From NCBI GenBank assembly GCA_020184695.1, contig JAANOX010000097.1, positions 62,001 to 126,000 on the forward strand: a stretch of 64,000 bases of DNA, read 5' to 3'. Numbering within the stretch: position 1 is the first letter of the stretch; every line of letters starts with the position of its first letter. The stretch comes from Histomonas meleagridis 2922-C6/04-290x (lineage: Eukaryota > Protista > Parabasalia). Both the position numbers and the translations under genes were made by a program. Below, piece by piece: positions 37,401 to 49,593 of this stretch. The notes under the pieces are model-generated. The model was not told the origin of the DNA. It did no database searches and saw only the letters and a list, made by a program, of their open reading frames with translations.

Positions 37401-39242
37401 GAGTCTGGAAAAGTGGAGGTTTCAAAGGTTGACGAAAATGTGCCAATGATTCAACAGCACGTTAAACTTTTTGAATCCAATTTTTCGGATGCATTCAAAT
37501 CCGATTTATTTGAATCAATGGAATTTGACTTTGTTTTGACGACAGAAGAAATTATTGTTTTATTAATATCACAATTAATTAATCAACATTATACAAGTGA
37601 TACAATTAAAGTATTAAATTTAATTATCGAAAAGTTATCGAAAAATACCGAAATGAATGAACAAGGAATAATTAATTGCATTTACTTATTCATTAAATAT
37701 GCATTAGCTAATATAAAATTACCAATTAATTCCAACTTAGAAATCGAATATATTATAAATGAACTCCAAAGAATCGAAATTCCAAATGAAAAAAATGATA
37801 TTTTAACAAATATAATTAATGATGAAGAAATTCGTCTGACAAAAAACGATAAAAAACTTTGTAACTTCATTATTTACGATCAAATAACAAGAGAATTGTC
37901 TACAAAGCTCGAACCAAAGCAAAAGTCAATTCTCACTGCTTTTCTTCATCACACACACCAATTAATGTACGGAAAAATTTCAAAATTTTCGTTTTCTTCA
38001 GAAAAAGTTGCGGAGCCATTCAAATCCATTGAATCCACAATTCAACGAATGGCTCAAACAAAAGAAAATGAAAAATTCTTAATTTCTACTACAAACTCAA
38101 ACTTTTCACCATTCATTGTTGATGATGAATTTAATTATACTTCAACGTATGATATACGGACATTTTCTTCAGATGTTAGAGATATTTGTATTAATAATAA
38201 CAACAACCAACAAATAGCTTATGCATCAAAAGGAGTTTTCACATCTTTGATCTTCCAACATAGTTCTACCCTTGAAGAAACTGTTACCGAAACTATTGAT
38301 GAATGGGATAGAATTATTACAAATCCAGAAAGTGACTCTTCTGCTGCTGAAAAAGCTTATGACGAGTTTGAGTCACCCTTTAATCCTACTCGAGAAGTTA
38401 GACAGATTAAGTTAACACAGATTTTACGCGCATCATATAAAAGTTTTTCTTGTAATTGGAAGAAAGTTCGTATGAGCTCGAAAGAAGTTGATGCCAAGTG
38501 TATAACATCGCATCCCACGCAAGACTTATTTGTCACAGGCGATGTCACGGGAAGTTTGCACCTTTGGGACTTCAACAACCCCGGTCACTGTCTATCGGTT
38601 GCCAAATACACCAACCGCCCATTGAAATCCCTCTTTTTCAATGGAACCGGGGACAAAATCTGTTGTGTTAATTCTGAGGGACTTGTTTTGATAAGTGATT
38701 TTCAACACGCGAATTCATTACAAGTACCAAAGAACTCATCTGTTCAATGGTTAAACAATGATGCGCAACTCGTCGTCATTGATTATGATGAGTCCGCGCT
38801 AAACATCTACGACTTGCTCTGCGGAAATCATCCGATTGCGACATTTCAACTCAAGAGCAAAATCAGAGGAACATCAAACTTGGCGGTTAACGGTTCCTAC
38901 ATTGCCTGCGGTTTCGATGACGGTTCTGGCCTACTTTTTGATACAAGAAGAGGTTATACAGTTGCGCACTTTCCTTTACACGAGGGAAAAGTGACGTCTG
39001 TAAAGTTCGACCCTTCAGGAACTTTCTTGGTGATGGGTGGAATAGATAACTCAATTAGTATTGTCGAGAAAAGCACAATACTATGCAAGAAACAGTTCGT
39101 AAATGTTCTCCCTTCGAATTCAAAGAAAAGTGGAATCAAATCAGTGGCGGTATCAAAACATGCAATCGTAGCCTGCGGATATTCATCTTGCATTCACACA
39201 TGGACTTCTTTAGATCCTAAGCAAATGATTGATAATTTGTAA
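34473..39242 (+). CDS. Rav1/DMXL (rabconnectin-3alpha)-like WD40 protein
   Basis: N- and C-terminal WD40 propellers; central KNAY...HRYSLSSMFFL and LWAYLSRDQ resemble the Rav1p_C domain; acidic linker. Confidence 0.7.
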   Translation: MSCQINFSHIIGLSPNSPRIYASTVHIKEQPNYFAFACNHLIFIFDRSNFDYKMIQTPDQTACITSIAFSGGKYLFCCNSNGVIYTYSQKSLEAEPIHTGHLCCFPTSIAATPNEIFYTHEYSLYYVQIEDYLNDSATPFLMTDTHIHSELAVSPCSRAIASFTKNGPPPLIWFSPFNKKKRFTIPQNSNVVDFKWGLSESLTCVTANADGTVRVWVEATDSLHLRCSSWFYCDNPISYVNICIPKQKWSQIYEFHPASSQKHCILPQIEKPKYMIFVGTKSETNNTLILSEIQQPRMDKIASITLHLSSSSIGSCCDLDYSYSQKSICKTITATYFSEESLTFYKIEILEGNISVSIPFKIPFFTSHVTQILTNQNQNLLTKMSDNKIINWSNNGRVEENEDKILFENGYFNIENDDISYVKNNKIMSKHKIEFVPTKMKYKIFDDEVMFVFANKGKSIVIFYQKSFNVIQTEELNYDINNITIHSTDLFLLSSSDVITSFLYQQNKYRKFASSNIRNELITFLPNPQILIAVSYNTNISFYYITQNSFVLNNQIITLKNISMEYINKSLICATNNCIYRIFIPQSTFKKPIPNDSNYILYTAISLCMFSIIQEFIYNKIPSLNSFVTEIQAEQFNFQTNSKNLIVNNFLKHLPEKWQNIDDNGMKFLFSYIITKINPKVLNYIPIFSLWAYLSRDQKLLIDYLNIKTVNELCEIYFPLWAKDKETIIYTITRLVTTSIPNEDEFDTFILLCITINKFNIAIQLAKKFGNIRLSNFIKSRETLKTNKIEKNAYIAQQQHRYSLSSMFFLIINMKHQASVVLKNTPMLMILISRLIDEDSWKDNISDMVYYNIWNDKKNDAINTLKEMNLNCDEMSIEMHRYLILEKLNECDKSLLLNIQNVPNFIIRLLEPHLISNENEEEIVDKEDEEENENEEEEHKSEKEIQKNEFDFSFGQNNWDDFDDYDDDSDDESDDDESGKVEVSKVDENVPMIQQHVKLFESNFSDAFKSDLFESMEFDFVLTTEEIIVLLISQLINQHYTSDTIKVLNLIIEKLSKNTEMNEQGIINCIYLFIKYALANIKLPINSNLEIEYIINELQRIEIPNEKNDILTNIINDEEIRLTKNDKKLCNFIIYDQITRELSTKLEPKQKSILTAFLHHTHQLMYGKISKFSFSSEKVAEPFKSIESTIQRMAQTKENEKFLISTTNSNFSPFIVDDEFNYTSTYDIRTFSSDVRDICINNNNNQQIAYASKGVFTSLIFQHSSTLEETVTETIDEWDRIITNPESDSSAAEKAYDEFESPFNPTREVRQIKLTQILRASYKSFSCNWKKVRMSSKEVDAKCITSHPTQDLFVTGDVTGSLHLWDFNNPGHCLSVAKYTNRPLKSLFFNGTGDKICCVNSEGLVLISDFQHANSLQVPKNSSVQWLNNDAQLVVIDYDESALNIYDLLCGNHPIATFQLKSKIRGTSNLAVNGSYIACGFDDGSGLLFDTRRGYTVAHFPLHEGKVTSVKFDPSGTFLVMGGIDNSISIVEKSTILCKKQFVNVLPSNSKKSGIKSVAVSKHAIVACGYSSCIHTWTSLDPKQMIDNL

Positions 39243-40110
39243 AAAACATTTAAATAGTTTCTTATCTTCAAATATCATTGTTCTTACTATAAAACTACAC
39301 AAACTACAAATTTTAAAATGCTTTGAAGCGAAAGAAAGTTAACATAGAAAGAGTTCCAAATCATTCAGAAATTATAATTGTAAATTTAAAATTAAAATTT
39401 TGAGCAACGGAACCATTTAATTGTTTGTATATTGAAAGAAATGGATTTATAAAGAAAATTTTTTACTTTATAATGTATTAAAAACTCCTTGAAGCACCTC
39501 CACCACCGCTAGTTCCACCACCAAAAGTATCTGTTCGTGAGCCGCCTCCTCCATAGTTTCTTTGCCCTTTATTAGGTAGTTCTTTCGAAACAATTTAATG
39601 CTTGATTTTTTCACATCACATTTTGGTTCAATTTAAATTGAAAAAAGTGGAACTCAGTTTTGGAATAATCTTCAGAATATTCGTTGAAACATCATTTCCA
39701 TTCTAAAGCGAATAAGAAATTTAATTTTACAAATAAAAAGAAATGTAAGTAAATCATAAATTTGAGTAAGAATCTCTTTTGAAAGTCTTAATTTCTTCTT
39801 TGCATGATATAAACTTACAAATCAAAAATTTTTATAAAAATCTTTGTCATAAAGGTTTATTAAACATGTTTACCATCATATAATAACGACATAGTACATA
39901 GTTTTTTCGAATGTACTCCATGAGTTACAATGTTTCTTTGCATGTAAAGAATAAAGTTTACTAATTATTAAAAATACTTGAAATCATTTGATCAAAAGAC
40001 GCAATTATATAAAAATATTACATGAAACATATATATTTTTGTATCAAATAATACAAGAAAATTCATATTGAGAAAATAAGAAGTACAATTTAAAATTCTA
40101 AATTGAAGTA

Positions 40111-42248
40111 TCAATTCGTAATTGATGATACAATTGCAAATGGGTCAAACACATCATTATTATTTTCATTTGTGTTTGATGATACAATTGCAAATGGGTC
40201 AAATTTTAATTCTTTGGGTTTATTGTCAATTCTTTTATGTTCTGAAAGCATTATAGGTATTTCTACATAATTTTTATCAATTGCATAATCAAGTGCTGTT
40301 TTAAATAACTCAAATAATTTCCAAATAATATTTTGAAATAAAAAATTATTAAAATTAATTTTAAACAAAACAAACAAACATCTTTGATATCAATATTAAT
40401 TCCTTCTTTTTCAAGAAGTAATTTAACTATTTCTATATTACCATTTTCAGATGCTATCATAAGCGCTGTTTCAAATATTTGAAGGAAATTCCAAATAATA
40501 CTTTGAAACATCAAATTATTGAATACAATATTACATATCTGAGCATTTACATCAATTCCTTTTTGTTCAAGAAGCAATCTAACTATTTCTGTATGACCTT
40601 CTTGAGATGCAAATATAAGTGCTGTATAAAATATTTTGTATAATTTCCAAATATTATTTTGAAATATAAAATTATTGAAATTAATTTTAAATAAAATGCA
40701 TCAATAACTTTATGATTGATATCAATTCCTTCTTTTTCAAGAAGCAATTTAACTATTTCTGTATATCCCATGATAGTTGCGCAAATAAGAGCTGTTTCAA
40801 ACAAATTTAATCATTTCCAAATATTATATTGAAATATAAAACTATTATAACAAAAATCAAACAAAAGATTATAACATTTTGAGCATTTACATCAATTCCT
40901 TCTTGTTGAAGAAGCATATTTACAATTTTAATATAACCTTTCCATGATGCCCAAATAATTGCAGTAAAAAACAATTTAATTAATTACCAAATATTATATT
41001 AAAATATAAAACTATTATAACAAAAATCAAACAAAACAAAAAAACATTTTTAGCATTAATATCAATTTCTTTATATTCTAAAATATTTTTAACAAGTTCA
41101 ATATTATATGATAATGTTGCATAAGCTAAAATATTTGTTGGGATTTGATTAAATTTAAGAAAATGTTTAACAAGATATAAATTTCCAATTTTTGCAGCTT
41201 CATTGAAAATATCATCATTAATTTTCATTCCATTTTCTTGTAAATATGATAAAATTTCATAGTTATCATGTAAAACGCATTTCTTCCCTAATTTTTCTAA
41301 GTTATAATTTTCCTCAAATTTATTTTCAAATATATATTTAAAGATATCATTTCGATGAAATTTAATTGCTGTGTTATATGAACCTATAAATGAATTATGA
41401 TTTTGTTTGTATAAATGAATTATCTCTAAGTTTCCACCAGCAATTGCACATTTGGCTGTGTTACCCACATTTGCATTATTTATAAGCAAATATTTAAAAC
41501 ATTTAACAGATCCAAAAAATGCTGCATAATCAATTAATGGAAGGTTATCATCGCTTATATATTCGCATCTTTCATAAATTGATGAATCAATACGCTGCTT
41601 AAAATTAAAATTTGTTTGTGATGATATTTCTTGAAGTTTTTCTATTTCATCATTTCGAATTATTTTTGCTAATTCATTCGGATTAACACCTTCTCTTAAG
41701 TATTTTTTATGGAGTTCCCAATCATTCTTTGATAGTTCTTCAATATTATTAATAATTTCTAAGACACTTGATGAACTCTTCAGACAAAGTGTTTTTTCAA
41801 GATTTTTTCGTGACATATAATGAACAAAATTTGGTATCATTAGATTTTGGATAATTTTTTGATCAAGAAAACCATGTTCAATCATTTGCTCAAGAAGATA
41901 ACATGATTTCCAAATATTATTCTTTCGAAGAAGAAGTTGCCCAAATATATCAAAAATTGATTCTATTTTGTTTTTATCTTCGAAAATAAAACGTTCCATA
42001 TATAATGATTCAATCTCATTTAAAAAATTCATATATATTTCAGGATCTTCCGTACTATTGGCAAGCAAAGAGTATGACATATGACATAGTATTATATTAA
42101 ATGATAATGGATAATTATCATTAATTTTGTTAATTAGTGATCTTGCTGATTGAGATACGTTTTCTTTATTCAAACTAAAAATAATTTTTTTGATTGACAT
42201 TAATGTTTCCCATTCATTGCTAATGTTTTGACTTACCTTTTTTTCCAT
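40111..42248 (-). CDS. DUF3447-ankyrin gene D: intact 422-aa 5' ORF plus 5 modules
   Basis: Spacers 40966-41045 (80), 40796-40875 (80), 40626-40705 (80), 40470-40535 (66), 40300-40379 (80); internal modules 90 nt and stop-free. Confidence 0.75.
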
Positions 42249-42809
42249 GGAACTAAAATGAATTTAAAAAGTGTCGTCAGTTAATTTTTTTCAATGCATA
42301 CCGATCATTACTCTCTCAATGAAGATCTATCGTGATTTCACAAAATATGCAAAATAAATCATTTCCAATAAAACATTTCTACACCGCAATCACATCTTGA
42401 GTGATAATAGTATCCTGAGTGATACTATTATCTGTAGGAAAGTTAATTTTTATTTTTTTAAATCATCATGTTATTCTTTTAAATTTGATTATCCTAGATG
42501 CCATTTTGTAATATAAAGAATATTCTTTTTATTAAAAAAGCCACAAAGTAATTAATTTATTTTTAATCTGTCTTTAAAGGATCACTTTTCTTTTAAAAGC
42601 ATATATTCACCTAAAATTGTAATAAAATGGAATTCAATGATTGAAATTATAAAACCAAATAGCTCCCAAAAACTTCTAAAAAAGAAATCATTGTGGATTT
42701 TTCAACCAATAGTATGTGAAATAATTTTTTTATTGATTTAACAAGGTTATCTGGGTTCGTAGTAAACTATTTAAATTGTCGATATAACCGAAAAATGCAT
42801 TCAATTTTT

Positions 42810-43451
42810 TCAATCGGTCAAGGGAACAAAAATAACGCCGCAAATAAACTCAGAATTAAGTTTTCCTTCTTCGTTGTACGTGAACTTAACAAGTGCTTGA
42901 TTTGCACCTTCATCAACGGGTGCAATAAGCATTCCTGTTTTTTTGAGTTGTTTCAATACTGTCATAACATCAGATATTTTTGCAGCGGCACCAATGTGAA
43001 TAACATCATAGGGAGCTCCCTTTTCATATCCAAGTCTGCCGTCACCACAAACAATTTCGAATTTCGATTTTGGCAAAAATTTTTGTACAGCTTCTATGGA
43101 TCTCCGAACTAATGGCTCAATGTGATCAATTCCATAGACCATATCAAACATTTTTCCCATGCATGCGACAATATATCCAGAACCAGATCCAATATCAAGA
43201 GCAACTTTTCCAGGGCCAGCATATGGAGCAATTAAATCAAGCATCATTGCGTGCATATGAGGGGCACTTATTGTAACGTCGTATCCAATACTTAATGGGC
43301 TATCGACATATGCCATTGATTCTTCAAGAACGAATTCTTTTCGATCGACTTCTTCCATCACGCTTATTGCAAGACTGTTCTTTATGAGTCTGTTGTCCTT
43401 AAGTTTCTTAACCATATCTTTGTTAGATTGTCCGTGACACGTCCATGCCAT
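42810..43451 (-). CDS. PCMT1: Protein-L-isoaspartate O-methyltransferase
   Basis: MAW..HG...TISAPHMHA...ALDIGSGSGY...GDGRLG...APYDVIHIGAA; start inferred at ATG 43451. Confidence 0.9.
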   Translation of the reverse strand: MAWTCHGQSNKDMVKKLKDNRLIKNSLAISVMEEVDRKEFVLEESMAYVDSPLSIGYDVTISAPHMHAMMLDLIAPYAGPGKVALDIGSGSGYIVACMGKMFDMVYGIDHIEPLVRRSIEAVQKFLPKSKFEIVCGDGRLGYEKGAPYDVIHIGAAAKISDVMTVLKQLKKTGMLIAPVDEGANQALVKFTYNEEGKLNSEFICGVIFVPLTD

Positions 43452-43722
43452 TTTGATTTTAGATTTTAAAATGTCGAAATTCATAGTAAACGGCCGCAAA
43501 CTCAATTTTATTCGGATTTTACCCAAATTATTATATGCATGTGTAAATAAATAACATGGCACATCGCAATTTAAAGATACATTAAGATTAATTTTTCCCC
43601 GTTATATGTTTTCGATCTGATAATTTCCAATTTTTTGATACGAATCAACTGAAAATCTTTAAAAGTGTTGTACTATCAAATAAAAAGAAAAGAGTTACAA
43701 AAATCTTTAATTAACAATTACA

Positions 43723-44358
43723 TTAATCGCAACAATCAAAAATTTTCTTTTTTTGATTTGAATCGACATTTTGTTTTTCCAATGTTACAGTATTTGACTT
43801 ACTGTTTACAGTCCTTGTGGCGAAAAATTTTTCTGCAAGAGAATAAAACATTCCATCAATTCCATCACCTGTTACTGAACTTGTTTCAAAATAGTCGACA
43901 CCATTTTCAGAAAGTCCACGAGCTTTCTCTTCTGCTTCATCGTATGATATTTCACGCTTTTGAAGATCATGCATGCTTCCGCATAACGCTATTAACGCAT
44001 CACAATTATATCCATTGACTTGTTCAAACCACTCTCTAACAGAATCAAACGATTCACGGCTGTTTTGTATTTTTGGGTTATGGTCTCCGAGGGCAAAAAC
44101 AATTATAATAATGTCAGCTTTTTGATAATATATTGGTGCAAGAGATCTATAAGCCTCTTGCCCAGCGGTGTCACAGATTTTCATGATAACGTTTAGCCCG
44201 TTAAAAACAATTTCTTTCATCATATAATCACAACCAGCATTTGGTTTTATAGCCCGAAAATCAAACGCTCCTTTAACAAAACGCGTGCCAACAGCAGTTT
44301 TTCCAACCCCAGAATTTCCAACGAGAGCTACATTTATTATTGGTGGCTCTTCGCCCAT
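43723..44358 (-). CDS. Rab-family small GTPase
   Basis: GNSGVGKT, DTAGQE, ETSS, C-terminal CCD prenylation motif. Confidence 0.9.
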   Translation of the reverse strand: MGEEPPIINVALVGNSGVGKTAVGTRFVKGAFDFRAIKPNAGCDYMMKEIVFNGLNVIMKICDTAGQEAYRSLAPIYYQKADIIIIVFALGDHNPKIQNSRESFDSVREWFEQVNGYNCDALIALCGSMHDLQKREISYDEAEEKARGLSENGVDYFETSSVTGDGIDGMFYSLAEKFFATRTVNSKSNTVTLEKQNVDSNQKKKIFDCCD

Positions 44359-44619
44359 TTGGGAAAACGGTTAGTCTATAGAAAAATCATTAAGAATTCA
44401 CTTTTGAATAGACTTATACAATTTATTATATGAGCTAATACAAAAACCTCGCCTGCCCAACTTTTTGAACGATCCATACAACAGGACACCCCAAAAAACA
44501 TTCACCGATACCACTTTTTGAATATCTTCATTTTTTAATTTGTTCAGTAATGTTTATAGTGTTTCACATTGAATATTTGTTGCTTTCCCCTGGGGTGAAG
44601 GAGAAAAATTTATTGAGCA

Positions 44620-45300
44620 CTAATAACCTGGATTTATAGGTTGAATGTAATAAACAAAGACATAATTTTCTATTTGATTCCAATTTATCATTAAAAAATT
44701 TATCCATTGTTGTGCATTTTCGCAGAAAATTTGATAAGGATTTTCAATATTTTGTAAAGCTTCTTTTTTTAAACCAATAATTCCATTATCTTTGGTTATA
44801 GTCACATCGGGCGAAAATTCTATTGCGTCAATACTTAAAATAAAATCCATTGGAGCTGAACGAAAAATATTAATTTGATTATCTTTATAATCATTTATTA
44901 ATTCATCTATTTGATTAATATCAACCAAAGACTTAAAACGTTCATTGATTAATTTGCTAAATGATTATGTATTGATGTATAAGAAGGTAATGGAATAAAA
45001 GATCTCTTATAATGTAAAGCTTGTGGCGAGATCGAATTAATATTAGATGCTAATTGATATTTTTTTTTATCATATCTTCTTGTATTTGGGTGAACTCCAA
45101 AATTTCTCAATTAATGATTTCATCCTATTCTTCATTTTATGAATCAATATCTCCATTTCTCTATATATTTGAACGAATTTGACACTTTTAGCTTCATAAA
45201 GTTGTCTATAAATACGTGCTTGTCTTTCTGCCTTAATGCGCTTTTGTCTCTATCTCGCCAATTGCAATGCTTTTCTTGATTTTTTCGATAAAAAAATTGA
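44620..45300 (-). mobile_element. Heavily decayed ORF resembling a P-element/THAP9-type transposase
   Basis: SPQALHYKRSFIPLPSYTSI (about 44950-45035) followed by ILSIDAIEF resembles SP.AY.YLR..LPLPS..TL and L..DEM; many stops. Confidence 0.35.
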
Positions 45301-45424
45301 TATAGTAAACGATTCAAACAGCTTCCGGTGATGTTTTGTAATCTTTACTCCAATATATTTTTTTAAAGAAACACCCCAAAAAGAATTGCACATAAAAAAA
45401 ATTCAGTAGTCCAAATCCTCGATT

Positions 45425-48400
45425 TTATTCATTGGTAATAATAACTTCTTGTTCAATGAGTAATTTCACTATATCTTGATGATTTTTTGCAGAGGCATAC
45501 ATTAGTGAAGTTTTAAATAATATGATTTATTTCCTAATATTATTTTGTAATATAAAGCTATTGAATCAAATTACATATAAAACATTTGAATATTTTTAGC
45601 ATTTATATCAATTCCTTTTTTCTCAAGAAGTAATTTAACTATTTCTGTATAACCTCTTGTAGATGCATACATTAATGAGGTGAAAAATGATTAGAATAAT
45701 TACCAAATATTATTTAGAAAGATAAAATTATAGAAAGAAAATTTAAATAACGAAAAAATACATTTTTGACATTCAAATCAATTACTTTTTTGTCGAGAAG
45801 CATTTTGATTATATCTTTATTACCATTTTGTGCTGATAAAATTAGTGCTGTATTAAGTAATTGAGATAATTTCCAAAAATTGTTGAGAAAAATAAAATTT
45901 TTCAAATAAATTATCAATAGTATAATTGTATATTTTTAGCATTTATATCAATTGATTCATGTTCAAGAAGAATTTTTACTATTTCAGCAAGACCATTTTG
46001 AGATGTTAACATAAGAACAGTCATAATTAATTTGATAAAATTTCAAATATTATTTTGAATTATCAAATCAATGAAACATATTTTAAGTATAAAAATTATA
46101 TATTTTTTGCATTGATATCAATTTCTTTTTGCGCAAGAAGTAACCGTACTATTGATATTTTACTATTATTACATGCAATCATAAGCGCTGTTACAAATAT
46201 TTTTTATAATTCCCAAATATTAATTTTAAGTATTAAATATTTAAAACATGTTTTGTGATCAAAAAAGAAATATTTTTTGCATTGATATCAATTACTTTTT
46301 GTTTAAGAAGAATTTGTACAATCGATAAATGACCATTTTTACATGCAACCATAAGTGGTGTATTAAATATTTATTAGAATCACCAGAATTCATTTTGAAA
46401 TTCGTAATTATTAAATGATATTTTAATGATAATGTTGAAATATTTTGTGAATTGATATCAATATTTTTTTGTTCAAGAAGTAATTTAAATATTTTATCAA
46501 AACATTTCCATGATGCTATAAAAAGTACTGTTTTATATATTTTAATTAAATTCCAAAATTATTTTTAAAAATAATATGATTAAAACAAATATTAAATAAT
46601 ACAAATTATTATTTTTACAATTGATATCAATTCCTTTTTGCTGAAGAAGAATTTTAACAATTTCTATATTCCCTTTAAGTACTGCATAAATAAGTGCTGT
46701 TTCAAATAAATTTAATTATTTCCAAATATTATTTTGAAATATCATTTAGTATATTTAAATTTTATATATAATTAATAAATATCTTTAGCATTAATATCAA
46801 TTTCTTTTTGCTCAATAAGCATTTTCACTATATCATAATGATTATACTTACATGAAATCATTAATGCTGTTTCAAATGATTTAGTTAATCTCCAAATAAA
46901 ATTTTATATTATAAATTTATTGAAATAAATATTAAATAATAAAAAAAAAATCATTTTTATTATTGATATCAATTCCTTTTTGTTCAAGAAGAATTTTAAC
47001 AATTTCTGTATTTCCTTTAAATACTGCATAAATAAGTGCTGTTTCAAATAATTTGCTTAACTTTCAAATATTATTTTGAAATATCATTTTATTATAATAA
47101 AGAAACATCTTTGGCATTAATATCTATTTGTTTTTGATCAAGAAGTAGTTTAACAATATTATAATGATTATAGTCACATGCAATCATTAATGCTGTCGTA
47201 AATAATTCATATAATTTCCAAATATAAAAATGAAAAAATGTTTTATTTAAATAAATGTTATTTATAACAAATAAATATTCTTAGAATTAATATCAATTTT
47301 ATCTTGTTCAAGAAGTTCTTTAACAATATTATATTGATTATATTTACATCCGATCATAAATGCTGTCTCAAATTTTTATATTAATTTCCAAATATTGTTT
47401 TGAAACATCATTTTTATTAAAACAAATTTTAAATAAAAGAATTTCATATTTTTAATATTAATATCAATTGTTTTATATTCAAGAATTTTTTTCAAAAATT
47501 GAATATTTCCTTTTTGTGACGCTATCATTAATGCTGTTTCAAATATTTATAAGAATTTCCAATTATTATGAAGAAATATTATTACATTAAAAGAAAAATT
47601 ATATAAAAGAAATTCATGTTTTGAATATTAAAATCAATTTTATTTTGTTCAACAAGAAAGTTAAATATTCCTTTAATTATCTTTAATTATTTGCATAAGT
47701 GATGTATTAAATATTAAACTTAATCCCCAATGTTTATTTTGAAATTTTATATTATTCAATGAAATTTTAAAATAATATAAGAAATATCTTGTGAATTAAT
47801 ATCAATTCCTTCTTGTGATAGAATTAAGTTCATGATTTCAAGTTTTTGATATTGATATAATTTCATGAAATTGAATTTGTTTTTTCTTTTAAGATATAAC
47901 TTAATCAAAATTATATTATCATTCATGATTAACTTTCGAATTATTCGATTGTTTATTTTGATCCCTTCTCTTTCAAGAAATAGTAAAATTTCATAATTAT
48001 TATAGAAAATACTTTTTATAACTCATTTCATTTAAATTATATTGACTTAAAATGTTATTATCATAAAGATATTTAAAAATATCATTTCGATGAAACTCAA
48101 TTGATGTTTCATATGCATCTTCAAATGATGAATGATTTTGTTCACATAAATGAATGATTTCAAGATTTCCACCTGCAATTGCATATTTTCCTGTGTTTTT
48201 TAATTTTGCACCATTCAATAATAAATATTTAAAACATTCAATTGAGCCAAAAAATGCTGCATAATTAATTAATGGAATATTTTCTTTGTTAATAAATGAA
48301 AATCTTTCATAAACTGATGGTTTAATCATTTGATTAAAATTAAAATTATTTTGTGATGTTATTTCTTGAAGTTTTTCTATTTCATCATTTCGAATAATTT

Positions 48401-48910
48401 TTGAGATTTCATTCGGATTAACTCCTTCTAAAATTAATTGATTATGAATTTCATTATCATTATTTGAAACTTCTTTATAAATAGGGAAATCTTGTTCTTG
48501 AATCATTTTTGTTTTAATGTATTTTTGTTGAATCATCTTTTCAAGAAGATAATAAGATTCATTCGAATGTATATTTAGAAGTATTTCTGATAATATTTCA
48601 AAAATTCCTTTGTCATTTCGTTTTATTTGTTTTATTTGATCTTGAAGAAGATTTAAATATTGAAAATATATTTCTTCTTGATTCATTCTTGATAAAAAGC
48701 AGAATATATTAATCTACAAATCATTTTATTAAAAGAAAATGTATATTCTGAATCAATTAAAGAAATCGTCGTTTTGACTGAAGTTTTTATATTCGTTTCA
48801 TTTAATGAAAATATTGTTTTATATAACAAAAAAGATTGTTGTCTTTCAATTTCATTTTGCAAGAATTCAGTGTCTACTATTTGAAGATGAGTTGGATTGT
48901 TTATCATCAA
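45425..48910 (-). pseudogene. DUF3447-ankyrin gene E: frameshifted 5' part plus 14 ankyrin modules
   Basis: Frame breaks near 48685, 48000 and in the first module; 12 consecutive 90-nt stop-free modules between 47537 and 45592; spacers 80,80,81,80,64,82,80,79,80,80,80,80,80,80. Confidence 0.75.
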
Positions 48911-49140
48911 AGAAATTAGATTAGCAGTTTCAAATACTTTTCTGTGATGTTCTATCGTACCATTTTTTCATAACTTTACGTGGTGGCCGTTATTGTTTCT
49001 CCAAACACACACTTGCAAATTGGGAATAAAAAATCAGCTTGATGAAAGATTAGAATTATAATTGATATTATTGAATATTTGCAATTAAATATCTTAATGA
49101 AAATGGATAGAATTAAATATTTATTATAGACACATTGGTA

Positions 49141-49430
49141 TTTTCATCTGAGGAGAGGAAATATTGAACTTGTTGAATACGTTTGAAAACAAGAAGGAAT
49201 TGACATTAATACTAAAGGTACTTATACATATTATATGATATTTATTTTAAGAATTTAATATTTCAAAATAATATTTGGAAATTATTTAAATTATTTCAAA
49301 CAGCACTTATCAAAGCATCTTCAAATGGTCATACAGAAATAGTTAAATTACTTCTTGAACAAGAAGGAATTGATATTAATGCAAAATTTATTATTTTGAT
49401 ATTTCATAAAATGTTTAAATAATTTGAAAT
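49141..49430 (+). repeat. Orphan duplicate of the first ankyrin junction of gene F (near-identical to about 50701-50940)
   Basis: GGAAATATTGAACTTGTTGAATACG through one 80-nt spacer (49220-49299) and one module. Confidence 0.8.
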
Positions 49431-49593
49431 GTACTTTTAATTGGCGATTATAATAGGCCTGCTTTTATTTTTTTATTTTATGGTAAATATGGCATTTTTA
49501 TTTTTGCTTGAAAAATTCAACTTTTTCATTTGTTTATACTCTCAAATTTTGATTCAAATTTGAATTGATATATCCGTTATTGATATTTTCCAC

